A stretch of 64,000 nt of DNA from assembly GCF_009914755.1 (NCBI RefSeq), contig NC_060927.1. One strand, given 5' to 3'. A program made the position numbers and the translations under genes. Positions 1 to 12,760 of this stretch are shown here, in pieces; position 1 is the stretch's first letter, and each line of letters starts with the position of its first letter. The notes beneath the pieces are model-generated. The model saw nothing but the letters and a program-made list of their open reading frames with translations, was not told where the DNA came from and did no database searches. This DNA comes from the human T2T-CHM13v2.0 reference genome, Homo sapiens.

Positions 1-988
1 AGGATTCCATATATTTTATATGGCATATTAGTTTGTAAATGTTTTCATTAACTTTCAAAGTTTTCTATGTAGAAGTCATTAGTCTTTTGGATATAAATTT
101 CAAATAGCACAATACATTCCACCAAAATTTGTATTAGAAAAATGATTGAAAATAAAATAAAAATTGATAGAATCTTGAACATATTGATAAGCATTTTTGT
201 TGTTAATTGTATAATTTTTTTATTTCTAGATTTATTGTTCTTTACTAAATTTTCTCATTACACATAACTGCCTCCTTATTTGTCTGGTAATTCTTGATTG
301 AACACTGGACATTGTTATTTTTACATTGCTAGGAGTCTGAAATGTGTTTGGCTTCTTTTAAAGAGGGTTGAGTTTTAGTCTTACATGCTAATAACTTATG
401 TGTGAATCTTCTGTGAAACTATAATGGTAACAGAAAAAAAGGGAAAAAAGTCAATAATGGCAAGAGAAAATAATAAAATCTACTTTTCAGTAAGTAATGT
501 AGGTAGACAATCTCCCATGCTATCATGAGGTCACGGAAATCTAAAAGATTTCAGAATTATGCTAAGTAAAAAGAAGCAAAATGATACAGCTCTGTAGATC
601 ATAGTCTGCTTTTCTGTAGGTTCTGAACAACATTTTTATTTAATAGAACCCTTCTGGATTTTCATCCTAATTTTCCTTCTAAAATTGTGAAGCCTTTCAT
701 TTTCTTAATAGTAAATAATATATACACATAGAAAATATTATTTCCATTTTGGAAACTCCAGAAAAGTTTTTATCACTTACATATAAGACACCTTTAAATA
801 ATATTGTACACAATGCAAAAAGCAACCAAAAGTTTAAACAGATAATTTTAATTGAATTATCCATATTTGGCCTTTCTTTAAAATATTCTTTATGATTTAA
901 TATCAGAATATTCTTTAGATTTTATTATATTTGAGAATACTTGAGTTTGACATTTTTCTTAATCTATGAAAAAGAAATTTATGAGCTA

Positions 989-1075
989 TGTGAGCTATGA
1001 TTGCACCACTGCACTCCATCCTGGGTGACAGAACAAGATCCTGCCTCCATAAAAATTAAAAATAAAAACAAAAAC
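989..1075 (+). mobile_element. Alu 3' fragment (old, AluJ/FRAM-like) with A-rich tail
   Basis: GTGAGCTATGATTGCACCACTGCACTCCATCCTGGGTGACAGAACAAGATCCTG followed by A-rich tail matches the Alu right-arm end. Confidence 0.85.
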
Positions 1076-2689
1076 ACCACTGTGTAATTCATATTTACTG
1101 CTGCAAAATTTAGTTAAGCATATATTTTAAAAAGCAATGAGAAAAATAACATAAAATAAGTCCTACAGCTATGGGAGTACTATTTTTAAAAATCAATTAT
1201 TCTCAGAAACACGAAAAGCTGTTTTTCAGAAATTACAACAAAGCAAACTGCTGGTAACCATCCTAGTGTATATCCATTTCTCAAAATAGTACAAGCACTT
1301 TCACAGAAAAAGCGAAGCCATTCATTATAAAATGCCCCAAAGGCATAGATTTTCTCCAAGTGAGATCCACATTTCTCTTTTGCAAAGGAAATCAATTTCA
1401 AAAATAGAGATAAATGCTTAGCAACAGCAATTCAGTTGCTTTCAGCATATGTGCTGACTGTAGAGTGTATAAATATATAGATATTTGAATACTATATATA
1501 TTTATAAGCAGTTGGAGTTGATATTTTCACCGAATGTTTAAGTGCATAGCACATTTGCAATAACATTCATGTGTACCATATCCATGTAATGAAAGCAGCA
1601 TTCATATGATAATAACATTGTAAACTTTTCAAATTAATAATTATTCAAGTATTTATTTATGTGGGAATTTTATGAAAATGAATGATTTTATGACATAAAA
1701 TTTTATAATAAATATTCCTTAAGCTATAGAGCCTTCCAAATATCTAAAATTGTTTTTAAGAAAAACACTTCCAAATATGCACATTGATATTTTAGCAGTG
1801 AAATTATACATTATTTTAACATCTATTGCCAGCTATTGTAGTTTATCTTTTGTAATTCCACAGATTAACACTAGTTCAGAAAAATATTTTCCTTTTTTTT
1901 AACATAAATATAGTGACATAGCTGGAAATGAAAGCAAGTTTGTTAGAAAATAAATGTTGTTGTTTTATAGGAGGTTAATTTTTCTGACCTGTAACTTGAC
2001 TCATATAGACAGCACCATTTAAATTACAAGTAGAACGTTTGAGAGTGAAATAATGCTCCTCCCAGACGGTATCTCTCCTTTGCACAATATTCAGCCACCT
2101 GTTTTAAAGGATGTAAAAATACAACCACTCAAATAGACATTAGTAAACATAATTTTCTTATTTTTCAAGTTAAAAACTCTCTCCTTTAGAATGTTAGAAT
2201 AACAAATCCAGAACAGCCTGTTATGCCCCAAAATTATTGGTAGTGTTAACTGTTTATGTATAAAGGTAGCCTACTTTTTGAAATCTGCTTTTTTTCTTGG
2301 AACATTGTAACTTAGCCAAAAAGAGTTTGTCTACGCCTTTAGGCTTCAGTCATTCTCCTTGTGCCAGTAGACTGAATGTCTAGGTTTATACTTGTTATAT
2401 TTTTGGACATTTTCTCAGCTGGCTACATTTAAGGATAACAAAATAAAGGAAGGGTAACTGCAAAATGAACAAATTATTCTTTTTTGTTGTTGTTCTTTGT
2501 TCTACTAAATATGTTGGAAACAAAACTATTGTATGTACACATAACAAATGTGTATATACATTAAAATTGTGCAAAGATAACATCATTTTTATTTATACTG
2601 CACATTATGTTTTTCAGATTGCTTTACATGTATATTTGAAGCTCAAAATAATATAGGGAAGTAAACAATACCATAAGCTTATTGTTTTT

Positions 2690-2770
2690 AATCAGATGGG
2701 AAACTGAAGTTTAGGCTAAAGAGCTTGTCAAAAATCACAGGGCTTATAAATTAGGATTACATTTAATACT
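2690..2770 (-). mobile_element. MIR core fragment
   Basis: CAGATGGGAAACTGAAG...CTTGTCAAAAATCACA resembles the reverse MIR core. Confidence 0.55.
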
Positions 2771-3049
2771 AAAAATAATTTATTACCTTTACTCCCTATG
2801 AATTTTAGATTCTAGTATATCAAGATAAAACTGCATTTTTTCTTCTACTTTCATCTGTACTTCCTGAGAACTTTAACATATGAGGAAAACATGCTTGGCT
2901 CTATGTATTGGGGGAAAGCTACAACTACCTCCCATTATAGGCATTTTAAAATAAGTTTGCATATAACAAGTTCAAGAAATCCATTTCATAGTGCTTATGT
3001 CATGAGTTTAGTAGTTAACAAGTAATAAATAACTTACACCATATTTGAT

Positions 3050-3432
3050 ATTTGATGGCTGACAGATGTTAAGTCTCAAAATCCTCCCTTTTCCTCTACC
3101 CCCCTCCCCCCACACATCTGGAAAACTCTGGGTGTTCCCTCCCTTTTGCCCTGGTAGGTAGTTTATGTTCTGAAAGCCCTGACCCTCTTGCATAGAAACT
3201 GTAACCTGGGTTCATCTCCTAACCAACATAAAACCCTAAGCCAGTCTCTTTTTCTCCTGAAACCATTTTTTGATTGGCATGGAAACCTGCCCAGCTCTCT
3301 AGAAAATGCCTAATTATAAATGTAGTCAAACTTTTCATACTTGCTTCTTGTTTGTGTGGAGTCATCAGAACAGACTTCTGAACCAAATTTTGTGTGAGAA
3401 GTACACCTCACTTCTGTGTAGTGTCCAAAACA
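3050..3432 (+). mobile_element. ERVL LTR, MER74/MER54-like
   Basis: 3' end AAACTTTTCATAC...GTGTGGAGTCATCAG...GAACCAAATTTTG...AACA resembles the MER74/MER54 group as recalled. Confidence 0.6.
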
Positions 3433-4127
3433 AGGCACTATGTAGAATATCCCTGTTATCATCCAATGGAGCAATAACAGCTTGTGAAATGAAGCTTAGA
3501 GAAATGTCACCAGATCTATCATTATCTCCCCCACAACCACCACCATTTTGTTTTTGGCTTTAAAAAGAATGTAAGTGAATTAAGTTCATAATTCCTCTAG
3601 AGTAAGTGAAGGCAAGGAAAACATATATTTTGGATCTATCAGTCTTGGTATGTTTAATAAAAATCGACCCTATTTTCTTAGTTATATCACATTTAATGCT
3701 CATAAATTATGTGTATCTACACATTGACTTACATGTATATATTTAATCACTGTGAAATACGTGTTGTTACTGTCAGAATGTATCACTACTCTATGAAATT
3801 ATTTATGCAAAAATAGGTTGAACTTGCTTTGTGCAACTAAGAAAACCATCTAATCTTTTTACAAGTTAGTGTCTGGCTATAATTGGGAATCATCTTCTGT
3901 AACAATCTCCTGTGTGCCAGCTGGCTTTGTAAGTGATACCACTTTCCAAATTGTCAATCATGTAACATTGTGTAAAGCACGTAACCAATAAATAAATTGA
4001 TCTAGACCCCAGCTGCATGTCTTTGCTACCAAAAATAGGAACCGTATTTCTACTAAAACATAGTTGGTTCCTTGCTTTTTGGATTTCTGATTATTCATAC
4101 ATCATCTGCTTTGAGTAAAATATTCTG

Positions 4128-5158
4128 TATCAATGTTTAGCTCTCACTTTAAGTAAGAATATATGGTATTTGGTTTTCTGTTTCTGTGTTAATTCACTTA
4201 AATGAATAGCCTCCATCTGCATTCATTGTTTTTGCAAATGACACATTTTGTTCTTTTTTATGGCTATGTAGTATTCCATTGTATGTATGTACCACATTTT
4301 CTTTATCCAATCCATCATCAGTGGGCACCTAGGTTGATTCATGTCTTTGATATTGTGAACAGTAGTGAGGAACATATAAGCTCATGTACCTTCTTGGTAG
4401 AATGATTTATTTTCCTTTGGGTAAATATACCAGTAATGGAGTTGCTGGGTCAAAGGATAGATCTGTCTTAAGTTATTTGAGACATTTCCAAATAGCTTTT
4501 CACACTGGCTGAAATAATTTACATTCCCAACAATAGTCTATAAGTGTTCCCATTTCTCCAAAACCTCACCAACACCTATTATTTTTTGACTTTTTAGTAA
4601 AAGCCATTCTGACAGTTATGATATCTAGTTGTGGTTTTGATTTGTATTTCTCCAATGATTAGTGATAATGAGCATTTTTTCATGTTTATTGGCCACTGGT
4701 AGTCTTCTTTCAAGAAGTATCTGTTCATTTCGTTTGCCCATTTTTTAGTGGGGTTATTTGTTTTTTGTTGGATGATTTATTTAAATTCCTCATAGCTTCT
4801 GGATATTAGACCTTTATAGGATGTGTAGTTTGCAAATATTTTTCTCCCATTCTGTAAGTTGTATGTTTACTCTATTGATAGTTTCTTTTGCTGTGCAGAA
4901 TCTTGTTAGTTTAATTAGATCCCACTTGTAAATTTTAGTTTTTGTTGCAATTGCTTTTGAGGACTTTGTTGCAATTGCTTTTGAGGACTTTGTTGCAATT
5001 GCTTTTGAGGACTTTGTTGCAATTGCTTTTGAGGACTTTGCCAAAAATTATTTGTCATGGCAGGTGTTGAGATTGGTATTTTCTAGGGTTTTTAATAGGA
5101 TTTTTACAGTTTTAGATCTTACATTTAAATCTTTAACTCATTTTGAGTTAATTTTTGT
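4128..5158 (-). mobile_element. L1 (L1PA15/16 to L1PB-like) ORF2 end and 3'UTR, inverted segment of a 5'-inverted L1
   Basis: Minus-strand ORF2 peptide [17 protein letters not shown]; 3'UTR text runs to ...GAGCTAAACATTGA at the left end. Confidence 0.9.
4941..5040. repeat. 24-bp minisatellite, 4 perfect copies (TTTGTTGCAATTGCTTTTGAGGAC)
   Basis: Copies start at 4941, 4965, 4989 and 5013, followed by TTTG; seen as (SSKAIATK)x4 in the ORF track. Confidence 0.97.
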
Positions 5159-5411
5159 AACTAAACATTGAATACACATGGACATAAAGATGGGAACCAT
5201 ATTCACTGAGGACTACTAAAAGGAAGAGGGAAGTGGGAGGGTGTGGTTTGAAAAATGACCGAATGGGTACTATATTCACTACTTGAGTGAAAGGATCCAT
5301 ACCCTAAACCTCAGCATCACACAACATGCCTATGTAGCAAACCTGCACATGCACCCCTTGAATCGAAAATAGAAATTTGAATTATTAAAATAATAATAAT
5401 AAAATAAAAAA
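5159..5411 (+). mobile_element. L1 3' terminus with A-rich tail, non-inverted segment of the same element
   Basis: CTAAACATTGAATACACATGGAC...AACCTGCACATGCACCCC...AAATAATAATAATAAAATAAAAA. Confidence 0.9.
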
Positions 5412-5845
5412 TTCCCTATAATGGGTAAGACTCCACAAAAGTAATCATCTATAATTTTTCATGACATCATATTAATTTTGGAATGTGCTATCATATTTGT
5501 TTAAATAAAGTCTTAAATCAGTTATGGTAAATTTTCTATCAATTTTCATGCCAACAAAGTAAAATCCAGTGTTTATGTCTTTGCCTGTATAGTCTCTTTT
5601 CCTTATTTTTTGGTTTGGAAGGCACACAAAATTTGGCTTTGGTTTGTAGATGGTTATTTTTGAAACTTGAAACTCTGCTAGCCTGAAGGAAGAGGTTTAG
5701 CATTCTCAGTAAGACTAAAACTGAAAACAAAACAAAACAAACAAAATCTTAGGAAAAAATTATTTGAAGGTAATCTATGGGATTTTCAGATCCAAATACT
5801 AAAACACCAATGCATTTTGGCATCTAAAAACTTCACATTTCTGGA

Positions 5846-5950
5846 CAGCACTTTTGAGTCTGAGGTGGGAGGATGACTTGAGATCAGGAGCTCAGAATCA
5901 GCTTGGGCAACATAGTGAGACCTTATTTATACACAAAATTTTTAAAAATT
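5846..5950 (+). mobile_element. Alu left-monomer fragment (FLAM/AluJ-like)
   Basis: CAGCACTTTTGAGTCTGAGGTGGGAGGATGACTTGAG...GGGCAACATAGTGAGACC. Confidence 0.85.
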
Positions 5951-6649
5951 CACATTTAAAAATCTTTCCATTTAAAGTTTTGTTTAATAAGAAAAGGGGT
6001 CAATTAAAGAAAGAAAAGAGACTGTTTTAACCAAGTCAACAGCAGTCATAGAAAAATGCAATTTAAAACATTACAACAAAAATAAATATAACTGTTGACT
6101 GAAACACCTGAAGCATCTGAAACACCAGATAACAGTATTCTGGCTAACAATTATACTGAAAGATCAGTTTTACCCTTTGCCAATGTCTGCATTTACTAGT
6201 CTCCCAACCCCACATTCCGTTATTGAAATTTCTCTATGTCCAGACATTTTTCTCTTCTTTAAGCTGGTACTTTCCAGAGTTCTCTGATTTTTTCATCGAT
6301 AACCTACATAAAACTGATAGCTCCAAATAGCGTATGATATTGACAACCTTTGAACTTTGCCTTCTGTGCTGTGGTGTGTGATTCAGTTTATGCAACTTGC
6401 ACTTAGAAAATTTGCTCCTGGCTTTCCTAACTTTCTGAACTCTTTATCATGATAAGACTAGTGAGGATAATCAGAATTGTATCTTTGGCATACCTTGACG
6501 AAGTATGCAGGGATCAATTACGGTGGGCTAACTCCTTTAATTTTCGTGGAACTGCCTCATATCCCCCAAGAGCAAACACATCGACTGATTCCATATTTTT
6601 GTTTCAGTTCTTCCAAATAAAATAAATAAATAAAATGTTTTAAAAAGTA

Positions 6650-7205
6650 AAGTCTTACCTGTTTGCTCCAATGGTAACATATCACAAACCTATAATACAA
6701 AATCATAACCAGGATACAGACATTGATATAATCCACTGATCTCATTCAGATTCCCCGTTTTAATTGTACTTAATTGTGTGTGTATTATGTGTATTTAGTT
6801 CTATACAATTTTATCACATCTGTAAATTTGCGCTCCACCACCACAGTCAGGATACAGAGCAGTTCTATAGCCACAAGTATCCCTCCTGCTGCCCTTTTAA
6901 AAACACACCCACCTCACTCCTCCATTCTCTAAATCTTTAGCCACCACTAGTCTATTCTTCATTTCTAATATTTTGTCATAAAACATTTATTTCAATAAAA
7001 CTATGCAGAATGTAATCTTTGGGGATTTGTTTAATTCTCTGGAAATTCACACAAGCAGTTGCATGTATCAATAATTTGAGCCTTTTTATTGTTATATATT
7101 ATTCCATGGTGTAGATGTAAAACAGTTTGTTTATTCATCCATTGAAAGACATCTTAGTTGTTTCCAATTTGAAGCTATTACAAATAAAGCTGGATGAACT
7201 TTTTT
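6650..7205 (-). mobile_element. L1MC-like 3'UTR
   Basis: TATAATACAAAATCATAACCAGGATACAGACATTGATATAATCCAC... resembles L1MC1-3 3' ends. Confidence 0.7.
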
Positions 7206-7489
7206 TACAGAGAAAAATAAAAATAAGTCTTAAATCAATATTTTACAAATTTTAACTATAATCATAAATGTCCACTAATGTAAGTTGTAACCATAGTTGG
7301 ATTTAATCTGCTTCATCACCATTTTCTAATAAATTTATGTATTTTTGTTATAGTTTAGGTAAATTTACTATTTTTAATAGATTTTTTTGAACATGGAGTT
7401 ATATCATTTTAATGTCTATATAATTGTTGTAAGCTATACTATTGCTATTTTGATTTTATTGTATTTTGTCCTAGAAACTACTTGATGTG

Positions 7490-8345
7490 ACTTTCAAATA
7501 CTTTCTCCTATTCTGTAGGTTGTCTCTTCACTGTATTGTTTATTTCTGTTGCTGTGTAAAGGCTTTTTAATTTGATGTAATCCTATTTGACTATGTTTGC
7601 TTTTGTTGCCTACACCTTCGAGGTTTTATTAAAAAAAAATGCTTGCCCAGATTAATTTTATCAAGTGTTTCCCCATGTTTTCCTCTAATAGTTTCACAGT
7701 TTTGAGTCTTATATTTAAGTCTTTAATCCATGTTGTATTGATTTTAATATAGTAATAGATAAGGGTCAAGTTTCATTCTTCTGTGTCTGGATATCTAGTT
7801 TTCCCAACACCATTCATTGAAGAGACAGCCCTTTCCTCGATGTATGTTTTTGGTACATTTGTGAAAAATAAATTGGCTGGAAAGTCATGGAGTTATTTAT
7901 CTTCCATTGAGCTATTTCTCTGTTCTTATACCAGTACCATGTAGGTTTTTATACCATAGCTTTGTAGTATATTTTAAAGTCAGATAATGTGATGTCTCCA
8001 ATTTTATTTATTTATTTATTTTGATAAAGATTGCTTGGTTATCCTAGGTCTTTTGCCTTTCCATTTGAATTTTAAGGTTGATTTTCTATTTATGCTAAGA
8101 ATGCCATCATTATTTTTGTGGAGATTGTATTGAATCTGTAGATTTCTTTGGGTAATATGGACATTTTCACAATATTAATTTTCCAATCTATGAACACAGG
8201 ATACAGTTTCATTTGTATCCTCTTTTGTCAATGAATTAATCAATGTTTTATATTTATCACTGTAGAAATCTTTTACCTCCTTGATTATGGTTATTTCTAG
8301 CTATGTCATTTTTTTAGTTATTGCAAATAAAATTGCTTTCTTGAT
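7490..8345 (-). mobile_element. L1MA ORF2, inverted segment
   Basis: TTCTGTAGGTTGTCTCTTCAC...TTCCCAACACCATTCATTGAAGAGAC is minus-strand L1 ORF2. Confidence 0.88.
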
Positions 8346-9600
8346 AAGTTATGTATCTGACAAAAGGTGAATATTCAGAATATATAAGAAACTAAAATAA
8401 TTCAATAGCAAAAAGCCCAATTAATCTGATTTTCAAAATGAATAGAATACCTAAATAGACATTTTTCCAAAGAAGACATACAAATGGCCAAGAGATATAT
8501 GAAAAATTGCTCAAAATCACTAATTTTTAGACAAATGCAAATCAAAGCCACAATGAGATATCACTTCACCCCAATTAGAATTACTATTATTGAAAAGACC
8601 AAAAAAAAATAATAAATGCTGACAAGAATATGGATAAAAGGGAAATCTTACAAATTTTTGGTAGAAATATAAAGTAGTATAATCATTATGGAAAACAGCA
8701 TGAATATTCTTTGAAAAATTAAAAAAAGAACTACTATATGATCCAGCAATCCCATTACTGGGTAGGTGTATATTCAAAAGAAACAAAATCAGTATGTCAA
8801 AGAGGCATCTGCATACTCATATTTATTGTAGTGCTATTCAAAATAGTCAAGATATGGAATCAGTTGAACTGTCTATATTGGTATCGGATGGATAAAGAAA
8901 ATATTGCACGTATATACATATATTTATTTTTCTAAGGAAAAATGATGTATTTTTTGTAAAACATATATTTGTTTTATGGATAAATAGTATTCCATTGTAT
9001 ATACCATATATGCCATATATGCATATATACAGCACATATGTAAGAACTAAAAAGTTAAGTATATGGTGTATGTGTATATATATGGCATATACAATGGAAT
9101 ACTACTCACCCATAAAACAAAATAAAATTCTGCCATTTACAACAACATGAATAAACCTGAAGTACTTTAAGTGAAATAAACCAGGCACAGAAACACAAAC
9201 ACCACATATCTTACTAATATGTGAAAATGTTAATTTAAAAAGCTGATTTCATATATGCAGAGATTAGAATTGTAGTTACCATAGGCTGGTAAGAGTATGG
9301 GGGACATTGAGCAACTGGTAAGTTTGGTAAACAGGTACAAAATTACAGTTAGACCAGAATAAGTATTGGTATTCTATTACACAGTAGGGTGACTATGGCA
9401 AATAACAATGTATTGTGTATTTTAAGATAGCTAAAAGATTTTGGATGTTGTCACCAAAAATAAGTGATAAAGGTTTAAAGTGATAGATATGGAATTACCA
9501 CTATTTTGTCATTATTCTATGTATACATCTATCTTTCAATAAATGACATTGAAAATCAAATTTTACCCTGTAACTATGTATAATTATATTGTGTTAATTA
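8346..9600 (+). mobile_element. L1MA (MA5/6-like) ORF2 end and 3'UTR
   Basis: TATGTATCTGACAAAAGG...CAAAGAAGACATACAAATGGCC...GGTACAAAATTACAGTTAGA...GTAGGGTGACTAT. Confidence 0.88.
8968..9121. repeat. Inverted repeat (35-bp arms, 32/35 identical) around a TA-rich tract inside L1
   Basis: 8968-9002 TTTGTTTTATGGATAAATAGTATTCCATTGTATAT versus reverse complement of 9087-9121. Confidence 0.9.
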
Positions 9601-9819
9601 TGTTATTTTATTAACTGATATTTATCTTTTGAATTCTATTGAGGCTTAATTTTTGACATATTACATACTTAAATATTTTTGGACAATTTCATGCGTTCTT
9701 AGAAAAAAGTGTATTCACAATTTGTTAGTATTGAAGTCTAAGGATTTCTCATAAATCATTATAATGAAAAGTATTTTTTAGTATTTTTCCCTTTATATAT
9801 ATATATATTTAAAATCGTA

Positions 9820-9960
9820 CAATAAAAATGTTATTGAACATATTTATGGTGTACAGGTAATATTTCGATACATCCATACACTGTGTATTGATCAAATCAG
9901 GGTAATTAGAATATTTATCACCTCAAACATTTATCATTTCCTGTGCTGAGAACATTTCCA
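9820..9960 (-). mobile_element. L1MA 3' terminus
   Basis: TATTTATGGTGTACAGG...GATCAAATCAGGGTAATTAG...ATCACCTCAAACATTTATCATTTC. Confidence 0.8.
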
Positions 9961-10034
9961 ATATATAAAATTGACATGTAAAAATAAATAGTGTTTCTAA
10001 AGTCAGGTAAAGTAATGCCGCCAATTTTATTTAT

Positions 10035-11466
10035 TTGAACTAGCAGAAAAAGAAATTAAGAAAGCCATCTAATTAACAATTGTTACAAAAAAAATACTTG
10101 GGAATAAATTTAACCAAGAAGGTGAGAGATATTTGCGAACAAAACTATAAAATATGGATAAAATAAATTGAAGAGTCACAAACAATGGAAAGAAATCCCA
10201 TGTTCATGGATTTGAAGAATTAATATTTTTAAAAGACAAAAAGGATTCTATAGATTTAATGCAATGTCTATCAAAATACCACTGACATTCCTCACAGAAA
10301 TGGAAAAAAAAATCTTAAAATTGTTATGGAACCACAAAAGACCATGAATAGCCAAAAAAAAAACAAGGCTGGAGGCAGCATGCTACTTTGCTTCAAATTT
10401 TGCTACAAAACTATAATAACTAAACTGCATGGTACTGGCATAAAACAGACACATTGACCAATAGAACAAAATACAGAACCCAGAAGTAAATTCATGCAGT
10501 TACACGCAACTGATTTTTAACAAAGGAACGAAGAACATTAAATAGGGAAAAACAGTCTCTTCAATAAGTGGTGCTTGGAAAACTGAAGAATCATATGCAG
10601 AAAATTGGACTATTATTTTTCACCATATAAAAAGTAAATAAAACTAGATTAAAAACTTAAATGTAATACTGGAAACTCTATCACTACTAGAAGAAAAGAA
10701 TGGGGAAATGCTTCAGGTCAAAGACTTGTTGGAAGAGATTTCAAAAGCACAGGCAACAAAAATGAAAATAGGCAAATAGGATTACATCGAACTAAAAAGC
10801 TTTTGCATAACCAAGGAAACAATTGACATATGAAGATACAACCTACAGAATGAGAGAAAATATTGGCAAACTATCTAACCAACAAAGGATTACTAACCAG
10901 AATATACAAGGAATTCAAACAACACAAGCAAAAATAAATCTCATTTAAGAATGGATAAAAAACCTACATAGACAATTTTCAAAAGAAGACTACAAATGGC
11001 CGACAAGTACATGCTCAACATTACTAATCATAAGGGAAATGCTAATCAAAAGCACAATAATATATCATCTTATCCCAGTTAAAATGGCTATCATCAAAAT
11101 GACAAAAAATCACAGATACTGGCAAGGATGAGGAGAAAGGGGCATGCTAGTACTCTGTGGGTAGGAATGTAAATGAGTTGTGCCACTGTGAAAAATAGTA
11201 TGACAATTACTCAGAAAACTAAAAATAGATCTACCATACAATCCAGGAATCCACCGGGTATATATCCAAAAGAAAGGACATCTGCACTCTCATGTTTATT
11301 GCAGCACTATTCACAATAACACAGATATGGAATCAACCTACTTTTCCATCAATGAATGAATGGATAAAGAAAATGTGACATGTATACACAATGGATGCCA
11401 TTCAGCTATAAGAAAGAATAAAATCCTGTCATTCGCAGCAACATGGATGGAATTCAAGGTCATATA
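10035..11466 (+). mobile_element. L1MA ORF2 3' half to start of 3'UTR
   Basis: CCCATGTTCATGGAT...GCATGGTACTGGCATAAAACAGAC...GCAACATGGATGGAA. Confidence 0.9.
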
Positions 11467-11469
11467 AAG

Positions 11470-12690
11470 TGTTTCAGTCTTTGATCTGCATGTTTTTATC
11501 TACTCAATCTATCAGTTTCTGATAACGGTAGATTAAAATTACCAATTACAATCTTGATTTAGCCTTTCTCTTTGCATTTATATTATTTATCATTTTATAC
11601 GTTTTAAGATGTCTTGGAATATAATATATTAATGATATGGTTTATATTTCTATATATCTTTATATATATACATTATTATTTTATGTTCCATATGAAACTT
11701 GGACTATAATTCTAAATTTTATAGATATTAAAATTGATACCTCATTTTTGGGGTCCGTAATTGCCTATAATGTGTTTAATTCCATCATTCCATTTCCAAA
11801 CTATCTATTTCTATTTTGAGGTCTTCTATAGACAACAATAAAACTATATATTGTTTTTAAATACAGTGTGAGTACTTTAATTAGGTAATATTCATATACA
11901 TTTATTATAATTATATGAGAAACTAGTTATGCCATGTACATTATATTTTTCATTTCTGATTTTTCTTTTTTTCTCATCACTATTTTGTTTTTGTGCTGGA
12001 TGCTCCTAATTCTAGACACAATTTATATTTATTTCCCATATTAATATTTAATTTTTAAAAATCATCATCTTCTTCCTCCATAAGAAACATGATCTCATGC
12101 TGTTTTTTTCAATTTCACTTTTCCTTCCTATTATTTTGACATATGGAATTTGGTTTGGGATTTTGTCTATATATTATACTCATTTTTTTCTTTTCTTTTA
12201 TTTTGAATTATGAATATTCAGATATATTTCCTTCACTTTCCAAAGCTTTTGTAACAGATCTTGTATTTGTTCTCCTTATTATCATAGTACTTTAACCAAA
12301 ATTGTTTTCACTATGAGTACATTCCTTATTATCATAGTACTTTAACCAAAATTGTTTTCACTATGAGTACATTTTAGCTTACATGCCTAATAATATATTC
12401 ATAGCTCATAATTTAATAAAAATATACTTCTATATAAATATGTTTAAAATGATATACCAATAATTAAAAGTTAATACTTCATAATTTTTGGAATACAATA
12501 TCTTCGTCATAAAAGTGATTTTCAATGGATTGTTTTCCTTTGTGGATAATCAGTTGCCCTTTCTTTAGGAATAATTTTAAATTTTCTCTTTAGTTTAGAC
12601 ATTTTCAAAAATTACCATAGCATATTCCAGGTCTTGAGTTGTCATTTTATTTCCTCTTTGGTATTTGATGGGTCCTTTCAAAATCAGGAT
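11470..12690 (-). mobile_element. Highly decayed old L1M/L1ME, host of younger L1 insertions
   Basis: Degenerate L1 endonuclease/ORF1-region text; similar pieces near 9610-9780 and 19310-19620. Confidence 0.5.
12273..12372. repeat. Perfect 50-bp tandem duplication
   Basis: TCCTTATTATCATAGTACTTTAACCAAAATTGTTTTCACTATGAGTACAT at 12273-12322 and 12323-12372. Confidence 0.97.
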
Positions 12691-12693
12691 TTT

Positions 12694-12694
<1 letters not shown>

Positions 12695-12744
<50 letters not shown>

Positions 12745-12760
12745 TAGATATATAGATATA
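12695..12760. repeat. (GATA)12 STR with degenerate tail, at the tail position of the adjacent L1
   Basis: Uninterrupted GATA units at 12697-12744. Confidence 0.97.

Noticed and set aside
4941-5040. 24-bp (and 32-bp at 55430) repeats as CRISPR arrays
   Set aside because: Head-to-tail copies without spacers in primate DNA.
6440-6600. CpG-retaining unique patches (also ~54290-54540 and ~56620-56720) as enhancers or exons
   Set aside because: Cannot be supported without conservation or chromatin data.
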